Of a DNA stretch of 64,000 bases, positions 28,001 through 35,863 are shown piece by piece. The position numbers and the translations under genes were made by a program. The notes under the pieces are model-generated. The model was not told where the DNA came from. It did no database searches and saw nothing but the letters and a program-made list of their open reading frames with translations. Positions within the stretch are counted from its first letter, which is position 1; every line of letters starts with the position of its first letter. Origin of the DNA: Verrucomicrobia bacterium UBA6176. GTDB taxonomy: Bacteria; Verrucomicrobiota; Verrucomicrobiia; Limisphaerales; UBA9464. Location: assembly GCA_002422905.1 (NCBI GenBank), contig DITU01000116.1:40717-104716 (forward strand), read 5' to 3'.

Positions 28001-29102
28001 GGTGGATCGGTCGGGGCGATTGCGTGTGTGGGATGCGCGGGACTGGACGCTCATGGCGACGAGCGAAGCGGGCGAGGGAGCATCCCATCTGACGTTTTCA
28101 CGGGACGGTCGGCGCTTGTTCCTCACCACGTGTCAGGCTCTCGACCCGCGTATCGGTGAGGTCAGCGTGGAAATCCATGACGGTTGGACCGGACTCCCAC
28201 TGGCTTCCCTCGGACGCCAGAAAGGTTGGGGAACGACCATTGCCTTCGATGAGGTTCACGGGCGGTTGCTCCACACGGTGATGGACGACGGATCACCGGC
28301 CCGGGGAACGGACCTGATGGAGGCATTGCCCTGGCGGGGCGCGGAGTTTCCGGGGCGGGCTGATGAGCTGATCGAAGATCGGATCCTGCGTCTGGCGCGG
28401 CAGCGGCATTGGCGACAGCTCCAGGTTCCTCGGGCGAATCCGGCCCCACCGGGCCTGCCACCGGTCGAACCCCGTTCGAACTGGTCCCCGAGGGATCCGC
28501 GGACGCCGTCGGAGTGTGTGGATCTGACCGATGCCTACAACGGACACCTGGAGACCCGCTGGTTGCCGGGTCATTTCCTGTTCGGAGCCAACAACGACCT
28601 GTCGGTTCTTCCGCAGGGATTGGTTGAGCTCGACGGGGTGACATGGGACATCCGGGGTGTGGTGACCGCCGGGTTGCCGGAACGATTCCCACGCGTGCCC
28701 TCCAACAGCGGTCGGATCGTTGAGGGAATTCCGGTGAAGGGCTTCGTTCGCCGCCTCCATTTCCTGCATGCCGCTGCGGATTCCGAGATCGCCCCGCAGG
28801 GCGCGGATCCCGTGGGCCGATACCGTCTCCGTTTTGCCGATGGTTCCACCGCAGACCTCGAACTGGTGCTGGGCGAAGACATCGGGGAATGGTGGTCCAG
28901 CCATCCCGGGTCGCAGTGCCGTCGCGGCACCCTGGCCTGGGAAGGGCGGAATTCGACGGCGGAACATTGGGGAGCCCGCGTGCGCCTGTTTCATCGGACC
29001 TGGGCCAACCCGTTTCCCGAGCGGGAACTGGTCGGCGTCGATCTCATCAACGAGAGCGGGTCTTTCGTCCCGTTTGTCGTCGCGATCTCCGTGGAACGGT
29101 GA
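25068..29102 (+). CDS. Ser/Thr protein kinase with N-terminal Cys4 zinc-ribbon, TM helix, WD40 propellers and a ~250-aa C-terminal domain
   Basis: Zinc-ribbon cysteines: CSRCG...CAAC. Kinase motifs: GGMGVIYKA, VALKML, HRDLKPANILI, DFGLT. TM helix: LVAALSAACVLMVLTGFAGI. There are many WD-like repeats (FSPDGRRLVVADGTRQVRWYD and others). The C-terminal domain begins about ...CVDLTDAYNGHLETRWLPG. Confidence 0.85.
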   Translation: MDPIPPTCSRCGAASGRRLNAGLCAACLLEDEFPSAPGMPESDDVPGFISDAPLVQRFGPYELLEEIGRGGMGVIYKARQPGLERLVALKMLLAGEFADAKARERLLREARIAARLSHPGIVTIHEVGEQEGRPYFAMEYVPGRNLAQHCRDGFLPVETAVRYVEGIARAVHYAHQHGVIHRDLKPANILISPDDHPKLTDFGLTKSLVDPTRTLESAGSPNFMAPEQVDSRLGTTGTATDIFGLGAILYYLLTGRPPALGESLNETLGAAAACEPVEPRRLRPALSRDLETITLKCLERDPDRRYGSALEVADELARWRRHEPIHARPTTPGERLAKWVRRRPLVAALSAACVLMVLTGFAGITWQWRRAEVQAEATARANYSAVLGLVRQRLEEGTHPAARRQLLALPERFRGWEWGRLLLLAHREILAATVLTNGWTGHVEPPRGQVGVLDHAISNDRRWVACWGGGRFEVLNLTNQESVFRTGSGTEPVRDAAFSPSGEWLATAGPGPGFTLWNCGDWRRIRQGASHVPSILSLRFSPDGRRLVVADGTRQVRWYDTGTGGEIGVLEGREPCTAVRFTPDGMRVIGWEIRPNQGSRFTLWNGLTGQVEAEVPRGAERFRSVELTWDAHHYATVDADGVAAAWKVGSEEPWFKTPPEGPEITRAILSEEHSRLLTVRERTGQARFWDTGSGHALPATAVRFNTLTVGSDGRTLISSRNAQVHLWDWRTGQPIEAMGIGDVAIGASLGVSADGRLASALVGHYPTPATVHVWPVDPPDLRLAPVNSALRSALSPDGRTVALGHLDSRISLWDTRTGERTGWLHGHFRSVNDLAWTADGQTLFSVSDDHTVRRWDLRERRLEATWTNLNRAMWSLSVTPDGRRVAAVDFTGRVAVWDGRSGALLQLRQMPCENDLLPIHQACLSPDGRQVAVTGFSAGGVWSVEDWALLKRFNPPGEGSDFDPCGSGFTPDGERFATVDRSGRLRVWDARDWTLMATSEAGEGASHLTFSRDGRRLFLTTCQALDPRIGEVSVEIHDGWTGLPLASLGRQKGWGTTIAFDEVHGRLLHTVMDDGSPARGTDLMEALPWRGAEFPGRADELIEDRILRLARQRHWRQLQVPRANPAPPGLPPVEPRSNWSPRDPRTPSECVDLTDAYNGHLETRWLPGHFLFGANNDLSVLPQGLVELDGVTWDIRGVVTAGLPERFPRVPSNSGRIVEGIPVKGFVRRLHFLHAAADSEIAPQGADPVGRYRLRFADGSTADLELVLGEDIGEWWSSHPGSQCRRGTLAWEGRNSTAEHWGARVRLFHRTWANPFPERELVGVDLINESGSFVPFVVAISVER

Positions 29103-29293
29103 GCGTCGTCTGACTGGGGCGGCGACGGGCGGTCGTTGTAAGGAGAGCCTGTCCCCATCCCCCGTGGACCCCGGGTAGCTTCGCACTCGGGGCTATCGGC
29201 TGGAACGCCTCCGGCGTGGGGATCGCGCGAAGCGCCAACTTTCTTCGGATCACAGCGAATCCTTTCCAACCGGGATCCGTGTTCCCGGGATGT

Positions 29294-32200
29294 ATGAGAC
29301 CATTCCTTCCACATCCCGGTTCCTGGCCGCTGATCCTCGCCCTCGTTGTCGGCGCTTCCACACTCGCATCCGATGTCATCCACCCCGATGCCGTACCACC
29401 GTCCGACCCACTTCCCCGATTCCTCCTGCCGGGAGAGCCTGTCCCTCCGGTTCGCGGAGCGGTGGGACCGATGCGGGCTGCGGCGTCGGAGCGGATCCTG
29501 CGGGTGAACCCGGTGCTGCTTTCGCCGGGCGGCGGAGGGTTGCAGGTGGGTGACCGGGTGCGCCTGGATCTTCTGGAGAACCAGGATGTCACGGTGCAAT
29601 TGACCCGGATTGGCACCGCTTCGGACGGGGCGCTGGAATTGCAGGGCACGCTGGCTGATCTCCCGGGAGGCACGGTTCAATTGGTCCTGGCCGGAAACGG
29701 ATTCAGCGGCCTCGCCCAGGTGCCCGGGCTCGGTGTCTTCCAGTGGTTGCCCGAGCCGGACGGATCCACCCGGGTGACCCGGCTCCCGGATCAACAGGCG
29801 GGACGTTGCGTCACCATGGGGCAGGGGGTGGATGCCGGTCCGGGTGGTGAAATGGACCGGCGTCCGGCTGGGCCGTTGGCGGTGGCGGATGGTCGATGGG
29901 ATCCCGCGACGGAGCCCGTGGTGTTGGATGTGATGATCCTCTACACGCCTCGCGCATTGGCCTCCCACGGTGACGAGGAATCGTTGAGGCGCGGAATCCT
30001 GCGGATGGTGGACGACGCCAACCGCTCTTACACCAACAGCCTGATCGGTGTGCGATTGAATCCGGTGTGGGTGGGGTTGCACCCGACGTGGGTCGAGAAC
30101 GGGAACATGCTGACCGACTTCAACAACATGTTCGGCGATTCGCGCATCACCGCATGGCGAAACGATTTCAAGGCCGACATCGTCTATCTGGTGATCGAGT
30201 CCGACGCCAACGGGTATGGAGGAGCGGCCACCCTGTTGAGCAATCCGCTGGGCGACGCCAATCGGGGGATGTCCATCATGCGCCGCGGGGTGTTCATCGG
30301 GAACCCTCTCTGGGCCGAACACGCCAGCCTCACCTTCACGCATGAGACGGCCCATGTCCTGGGAGCGGGGCATGATCGGGAACACGGTTATCCCAGCGCC
30401 TGGCAGGGGTTGCCATCCGCCTTTCCCTACGCCAACGGATTCCGTTTCGACGCCGGCGGCGTCACTTACCGCACCGCCATGGCCTACGATCCCGGCATCC
30501 AGTTGAGCCTCTTTTCCAATCCCGACCAGACCTTCGACGGCGTCCAACTCGGCGTCCCGATCGGGCAACCCGGCGAGGCGGACAACGCCCAGACGCTCAA
30601 CCGGATCGCACCTGTGGTCGCCAATTATCGGATCGCCCGGAGCCGGATCGGTTTTGCGGAGCCGGCGGTGCGCGTGGGTGAAGGGGGTGGATCGGTGACG
30701 TTGCGCCTGGAACGTGTGGGCGACCTCAACACCGCGACCCGGGTCAACCTGGCCCTGGATCCCAACAGTTCTGCCAAGGCGATCCTCGACTACACCCGGC
30801 CGACCAGCGCGCTGGTGAGCTTCGCCACCAACCAGGCCATGGCGGAAGTGATCATCCCGATCCTGCAGGATGATCTGGTGGAAGGGGATGAAGTCCTGCG
30901 GATCACCCTGGTGAACGTCTTGGGACATCACGGTCTCAGTTCCAATTCCGAATGCGTGATCACGATCCGCGATGACGAACCCGGGTTCGTGGTCTCACGC
31001 GATTCCCTCGTGCTTCCCGAGACCGGGGGATCGGCTGAGGTGTGGGTCGAGTTCACCGGCGCATTGGACGCGGGAGCGGTCCGGGACCTGGACCTGGTGA
31101 TCGGTCAGGAAGGAGACACCGCCACGCTCGGGAGTGATTTCGCGGTGACGCCAACCCGCCTGGCGTTCACGGACGGGAACCGTCGGCAGTCGTTCCGGGT
31201 GGAGGCGATGTCGGATGACCTGGATGAAGCCGATGAAACGGCGCGGATCGGGGTGGGCAATGGGTCGGTGACGTTGCGGCTTCTTGACGATGACCGGCCG
31301 GGAGCGGTCCGACCGTCGGCAGCGCCGAATGGCACGGTCATCGCCCTGAAGGCGGTGGATGGCGGCGCCTTGATTGCAGGTGATTTCACCGAGGTTGGCG
31401 GAGTCCCGAGGACCGGTGTGGCGCGGCTGCGTGGCGATGGGAGCCCGGACCTGGATTTCAACCCGCCGGAGCTGGTCAATTCGCGGGTGAAATCGTTCGT
31501 TGTTCCACCGGCGAAGATCCTGTCCGTGACCCAGCTGTCCAACGGCGACTGGATGCTGGGTGGATTCGTGGGATTGGCCGATGGCTTGCCGGCCCGGAAC
31601 CTGGTGCGTCTGAAGCCGGACGGACGGATGGACATGGCCTTCGCGCATCCGGGCTTTGACAGCGCGGTGCATGCCGTGGTCGAGCAACCGGACGGCCGGC
31701 TGTTGGTCGGCGGCACCTTTGATCACGTGGGACAGGAAAGGCTGCGGGGATTGGTCCGGCTCATGCCGGACGGATCGGTCGACCGTTCATTCCGACTGGA
31801 GCCGGGAATGCAGGGGGTGGTGGTGGCCGGAATCGCCATTGGCCTGCTTCCGGATGGCCGGATCCTCGTCGGAGGATTGATCACCGGTTACAACGGACAG
31901 ACCGTGCGAAACCTGATCCGGCTGAACCCGGACGGGTCGCTGGACCAGACCTTTCCCCTGCTTGCCGGTGGAGCCTCCACGCATCCGGTCAGCATCGCGG
32001 TGCTGCCCGATGGCCGGGCTTATGTGGGAGGATTCTTCGAGACCATCGGTGGCCGGGCCTTTCGGCGGTTGGTGCGACTGAATCGGGACGGCAGTGTCGA
32101 TCCTGGATTCCGCGCGCCGCAACCCAACGGCGAGGTGATGGATCTCCAACCCCTGCCCAATGGCCAACTGTTGGTCGGAGGCGCCTTCACCAACGTGGCC

Positions 32201-32620
32201 GGGGGCAGCCGCCGGTTTGTCGCCCTGCTCAATCAGGATGGGACTCTTGATCAGAACTTCGACCTCGGCCGGGGTGCCGGGGATCACGTGTGGTGTCTGT
32301 CGGCGGGTGGCGATGGCTCGCTGCACCTCGGCGGTACGTTCCAACGTTTCAATGATCAAGCCGCCCCCTACCTGGCCCGGCTCCGATTGCCGTCGATTGC
32401 CGCCGCATTCATCGGAACCCAGCCTGGCACCGGAGACCCGTTGCAGTCCCGCGTATGGGGACTGCCCGGTGCCCGCCATGGCATCGAGTCCAGCCCCGAT
32501 CTGGGCCTCTGGGAATCCGTGGGTGAAGTGGTTGTGCCGGATGCCGGAATCACCGGCGGGATCAACCTGCCTCAGAGGGGCGATCACGGGTTCTACCGGC
32601 TTGTGAATCCGATTCCCTGA
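29294..32620 (+). CDS. Large secreted protein: reprolysin-like zinc metalloprotease + Calx-beta domains + delta-60/DUF5122-type beta-propeller repeats + C-terminal beta-sandwich
   Basis: Signal peptide after the internal Met (MRPFLPHPGSWPLILALVVGASTLA). Zinc site: HETAHVLGAGHD. Calx-beta-like segments include EGDEVLRITL and DEADETARIGV. Repeated (N/M)PDGS(L/V)D..F blades follow. Confidence 0.75.
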   Translation: MRPFLPHPGSWPLILALVVGASTLASDVIHPDAVPPSDPLPRFLLPGEPVPPVRGAVGPMRAAASERILRVNPVLLSPGGGGLQVGDRVRLDLLENQDVTVQLTRIGTASDGALELQGTLADLPGGTVQLVLAGNGFSGLAQVPGLGVFQWLPEPDGSTRVTRLPDQQAGRCVTMGQGVDAGPGGEMDRRPAGPLAVADGRWDPATEPVVLDVMILYTPRALASHGDEESLRRGILRMVDDANRSYTNSLIGVRLNPVWVGLHPTWVENGNMLTDFNNMFGDSRITAWRNDFKADIVYLVIESDANGYGGAATLLSNPLGDANRGMSIMRRGVFIGNPLWAEHASLTFTHETAHVLGAGHDREHGYPSAWQGLPSAFPYANGFRFDAGGVTYRTAMAYDPGIQLSLFSNPDQTFDGVQLGVPIGQPGEADNAQTLNRIAPVVANYRIARSRIGFAEPAVRVGEGGGSVTLRLERVGDLNTATRVNLALDPNSSAKAILDYTRPTSALVSFATNQAMAEVIIPILQDDLVEGDEVLRITLVNVLGHHGLSSNSECVITIRDDEPGFVVSRDSLVLPETGGSAEVWVEFTGALDAGAVRDLDLVIGQEGDTATLGSDFAVTPTRLAFTDGNRRQSFRVEAMSDDLDEADETARIGVGNGSVTLRLLDDDRPGAVRPSAAPNGTVIALKAVDGGALIAGDFTEVGGVPRTGVARLRGDGSPDLDFNPPELVNSRVKSFVVPPAKILSVTQLSNGDWMLGGFVGLADGLPARNLVRLKPDGRMDMAFAHPGFDSAVHAVVEQPDGRLLVGGTFDHVGQERLRGLVRLMPDGSVDRSFRLEPGMQGVVVAGIAIGLLPDGRILVGGLITGYNGQTVRNLIRLNPDGSLDQTFPLLAGGASTHPVSIAVLPDGRAYVGGFFETIGGRAFRRLVRLNRDGSVDPGFRAPQPNGEVMDLQPLPNGQLLVGGAFTNVAGGSRRFVALLNQDGTLDQNFDLGRGAGDHVWCLSAGGDGSLHLGGTFQRFNDQAAPYLARLRLPSIAAAFIGTQPGTGDPLQSRVWGLPGARHGIESSPDLGLWESVGEVVVPDAGITGGINLPQRGDHGFYRLVNPIP

Positions 32621-32624
32621 AGGC

Positions 32625-32672
32625 CGGGAGCGGCGAGGAGAACGGAGCGGCGATGTTTGGTCGCCGTGGGGA
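32625..32672 (+). repeat. REP-like hairpin, copy A5 (single unit, no head palindrome)
   Basis: ggagcggcga-tgtttg-gtcgccgtgg is near-identical to the hairpin in copy A3 (33570-33588). Confidence 0.55.
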
Positions 32673-32788
32673 TGCTCCAACTTTCTTCAATTCGGATGAT
32701 CCCTTTGAGGCTGGCTTTCCGCATGGGAGGGTGAGGAATACCATTCCAGCCAGATCCCGGACTCTACCGCCAAGCCCCGACCCTATCC

Positions 32789-32935
32789 ATGTCCACCCGC
32801 GAAGAAGCCCTGTTTGCCGCCGCGCTCGAACGTTCCCCATCCGGGCGCGCCATCTTTCTGGACGGTGCCTGCCGGGGCAATCGGATCGGCGTGAAGGCAG
32901 GATCGGCGTTGTTGGACTGCCCATCGATCCCATGA
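32789..32935 (+). pseudogene. 48-codon fragment of a kinase N-terminal domain (stub K4), overlapping the sigma start
   Basis: MSTREEALFAAALERSPSGRAIFLDGACRGN... matches the N-terminus of the kinase type seen at 22706. It stops at a TGA overlapping the sigma ATG (cATGAg at 32932-32935). No kinase domain follows. Confidence 0.5.
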
Positions 32936-33510
32936 GTGAAGTCACCCAGATCCTGACCGCGGTGCGTTCAGGCGATGCCCAGGCGGCGGGTCGTCTCTAT
33001 GAGATCGTCTATGCCGAGTTGCGCGAGGTGGCCGCGCAGAAGATGGCGCGTGAGTCCGTCGGCCAAACCCTGCAGCCCACCGCCCTGGTCCATGAGGCAT
33101 GGTTGCGGCTGGGCGCCGATGCCCAGCCGCACTGGCAGAACCGGGCCCACTTTTTCGGCGCCGCCGCCGAGGCCATGCGTCGCATCCTGGTCGATCGCGC
33201 CCGGCGCAAGAGCGCCCGGCGTCATGGCGGCGGCGTCGATCATGTCGAACTGGATGGCATCGACCTCCCGGTCCCGGCGGACGACGACCAATTGCTGTTG
33301 CTGGACGAGGCGTTGGAGCGGTTTGCGGCCATCGACGGACCGAAGGCGGAGTTGGTGAAGCTGCGGCATTTCGTTGGGCTCACTACCGAACAGGCCGCGC
33401 AGGTCCTCAACATTTCCGAACCCACCGCGAAGCGTTGGTGGGCGTATGCCAAGGCCTGGCTCTATCAGGCGTGTCGCGAGTCGGGTCCGGGAGGACGGCA
33501 GGCACCGTAG
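32932..33510 (+). CDS. ECF sigma factor (TIGR02999-like; the class usually partnered with Ser/Thr kinases)
   Basis: MSEVTQILTAVRSGDAQAAGRLYEIVYAELREVAAQKMARESVGQTLQPTALVHEAWLRL...FFGAAAEAMRRILVDRARRK...LVKLRHFVGLTTEQAAQVLNISEPTAKRWW. Confidence 0.85.
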   Translation: MSEVTQILTAVRSGDAQAAGRLYEIVYAELREVAAQKMARESVGQTLQPTALVHEAWLRLGADAQPHWQNRAHFFGAAAEAMRRILVDRARRKSARRHGGGVDHVELDGIDLPVPADDDQLLLLDEALERFAAIDGPKAELVKLRHFVGLTTEQAAQVLNISEPTAKRWWAYAKAWLYQACRESGPGGRQAP

Positions 33511-33536
33511 AGGTCGCACGAAGGCGGCGACGGGGT

Positions 33537-33630
33537 GCGGAATGAATTCCGCGCTCCCGGGGACTGGAGCGGCGACGTTTGGTCGCCGTGAGGATTGGGG
33601 ACGGCGAGGGGTCCTCGCCGCTCCGGGAAC
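33537..33630 (+). repeat. REP-like hairpin array, copy A3
   Basis: The GCGGAATGAATTCCGC head is at 33537-33552. It is followed by cggcgac-gtttg-gtcgccg and cggcgag-gggtc-ctcgccg. Confidence 0.7.
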
Positions 33631-33670
33631 GCGGACTGGCATCGGCGGCTTGGCTCGGTAGGGTCGGCCC

Positions 33671-35863
33671 ATGCTCATCACGCCCGCAGAGTTGGAGACC
33701 CTGGTGGAGCTCCGGCACGGATCACCGCATTCGTTGTTGGGATTGCATCCGCTGGGGGACGGATCGGGGTTGGTCGGACGGGCGCTGGTACCGGGAGCGC
33801 AGTCCGTTGAGTTCGTTCCGGTGCATGAGACGAAGCTGCCGGTGGTGAAGTTGGCGCGGGTGGGCGACACGGATCTTTTCGAGGGAACAACGCGGTCGAT
33901 CCAACGGGTCTATGCGTATGACCTGCGGGTGAAATGGGCGGACGGCCAGGTGAGCCAGGGTCGTGATCCCTATTCCTTCTGGCCCACGGTGGGGGACACG
34001 GACCTGCACCTGTTCAACGAGGGCAATCATCGGAAGCTCTACGAGATGCTGGGGGCGCAGCCGCGGATCCTGGACGGCGTGATGGGAACGGCCTTTGCCG
34101 TGTGGGCACCGAATGCGTCCCGGGTGTCGGTGGTGGGCGACTTCAACCGATGGGACGGACGCTGTCATCCGATGCGACGGCTGGGGTCATCGGGGGTGTG
34201 GGAGATCTTCCTGCCGGGTGTGGGAGTGGGCGCGCTTTATCAATTCGAATTGGTGGATGCGAACGGGTTGGTGGTGGTGAAGACGGATCCGTTTGGTTTC
34301 GCCTTTGAGATGCCGCCGAAACACGCGGCGGTGGTGTGCGACACCCGCCGTCCGTGGAATGACGAAGCGTGGATGCGTCGACGACGGGACACCCAGGCGT
34401 TGCGCGGGCCGATGAGCATCTACGAGCTGCACCTCGGGTCGTGGAAGAAGAAGTCGGCGACGGAATCGCCGGGGTATCGGGAGGTGGCGGGGCCGTTGGT
34501 GGATTACATCCGGCGGATGGGTTTCACGCATGTGGAGTTCATGCCGCTGGCGGAGCACGCGTTCTATCCGAGCTGGGGATACCAGGTGACGGGATTCTTC
34601 GCGCCGACGGCGCGGTACGGGACGCCGGACGATCTGCAATACCTGGTGGAGGTGTTGCATGACGCGGGGATCGGGGTGTTGGTGGATTGGGTGCCGGCGC
34701 ATTTCCCGAGGGATGACTGGGCCTTGGCGCGGTATGACGGGACGTCGTTGTACGAGCATGAGGATCCGCGGCAGGGAGCGCACCAGGACTGGGGAACATT
34801 GATCTTCAACTTCGGGCGGCATGAGGTGAGGAACTTCCTGGCGTCGAATGCGCTCTACTGGTGTGAACGGTTCCACATGGACGGGCTGCGGGTGGATGCG
34901 GTGGCGTCGATGTTGTACCTGGATTATTCGCGGCAACCGGGGGAATGGATTCCGAACAAGTACGGGGGTCGCGAGAACCTGGAAGCGGTGGAGTTCCTGC
35001 GGCATGTGAATCACCTGGTGCACACGGAACATCCCGGGGTGGTGACCATCGCGGAGGAGAGCACGGCGTGGCCGATGGTCTCGCGTCCGCCGTGGCTGGG
35101 CGGGCTGGGATTCACGCTGAAATGGAACATGGGCTGGATGCACGACACGCTGGGCTATTTCGGGCGGGACCCGATCCATCGGCGGTATCACCAGAACGAC
35201 CTGACCTTCGCGATGCTGTATCATCACCAGGAAAACTTCGTGTTGCCGCTCTCGCATGACGAGGTGGTGCACGGGAAGGGATCGTTGCGGCGCCGGATGC
35301 CCGGGGATGACTGGCAGGGGGCGGCGAACCTGCGGTGCCTGCTGGCGTATCAATGGTTTTTCCCGGGCAAGAAGCTGTTGTTCATGGGCTCGGAATTCGG
35401 GCAATCGGCGGAGTGGAACGCCAATGGGGAACTCGACTGGTGGCTGTTGGAAGCGGGTCCGTACCATGCGGGGATCCAGCGTTGTGTGGCGGACCTGAAC
35501 GCGGTGTATCAACGGGAGGCCGCGCTGTGGCGGGGTGACTTCGACACGGCAGGTTTCCAATGGGTGGATTGCGGGGATCACGCCAACTCGGTGCTGAGCT
35601 TCCTGCGTCGGGATCCCGACACCGGTCGACAACTCCTCATCCTCCTCAATCTCACGCCCAATCCCCATTCCGGATACCGGATCGGATTGTCGTCGGGCGG
35701 ACACTGGGCGGAGTTGTTCAATTCGGACGCAGCGATCTACGGAGGCTCGGATCTGGGGAATCCGCTGGGGGTGCAGGCGGAACCGGAGCCGGCGCATGGG
35801 CAACCGTTCTCTGCGCTGTTCACCCTGCCACCGCTTTCAGCCCGGGTGTTCGGTCCGGCATGA
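33671..35863 (+). CDS. glgB: 1,4-alpha-glucan branching enzyme
   Basis: The 730-aa product has GH13 branching-enzyme motifs: FAVWAPNA..VSVVGDFNRWD, HVEFMPL.EH....WGYQ, GIGVLVDWVPAHF, DGLRVDAV.SMLY, TIAEEST and PLSHDEVVHGK. Confidence 0.95.
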   Translation: MLITPAELETLVELRHGSPHSLLGLHPLGDGSGLVGRALVPGAQSVEFVPVHETKLPVVKLARVGDTDLFEGTTRSIQRVYAYDLRVKWADGQVSQGRDPYSFWPTVGDTDLHLFNEGNHRKLYEMLGAQPRILDGVMGTAFAVWAPNASRVSVVGDFNRWDGRCHPMRRLGSSGVWEIFLPGVGVGALYQFELVDANGLVVVKTDPFGFAFEMPPKHAAVVCDTRRPWNDEAWMRRRRDTQALRGPMSIYELHLGSWKKKSATESPGYREVAGPLVDYIRRMGFTHVEFMPLAEHAFYPSWGYQVTGFFAPTARYGTPDDLQYLVEVLHDAGIGVLVDWVPAHFPRDDWALARYDGTSLYEHEDPRQGAHQDWGTLIFNFGRHEVRNFLASNALYWCERFHMDGLRVDAVASMLYLDYSRQPGEWIPNKYGGRENLEAVEFLRHVNHLVHTEHPGVVTIAEESTAWPMVSRPPWLGGLGFTLKWNMGWMHDTLGYFGRDPIHRRYHQNDLTFAMLYHHQENFVLPLSHDEVVHGKGSLRRRMPGDDWQGAANLRCLLAYQWFFPGKKLLFMGSEFGQSAEWNANGELDWWLLEAGPYHAGIQRCVADLNAVYQREAALWRGDFDTAGFQWVDCGDHANSVLSFLRRDPDTGRQLLILLNLTPNPHSGYRIGLSSGGHWAELFNSDAAIYGGSDLGNPLGVQAEPEPAHGQPFSALFTLPPLSARVFGPA

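Noticed and set aside
2709-29293. Upstream-extended starts given by the ORF track (2709, 15845, 17086, 24021, 29216, 61372 and others)
   Set aside because: In each case an internal ATG is immediately followed by a signal peptide or the conserved family N-terminus. The extension also overlaps a neighbouring gene or a REP element.
24228-30931. Long minus-strand ORFs 24228-26264, 26331-27827 and 28991-30931
   Set aside because: They are antisense to the sigma factor, the kinase and the metalloprotease genes. They are Arg/Pro/Gly-rich with no motifs, while the plus-strand frames carry clear sigma, kinase, WD40 and HExxH signatures.
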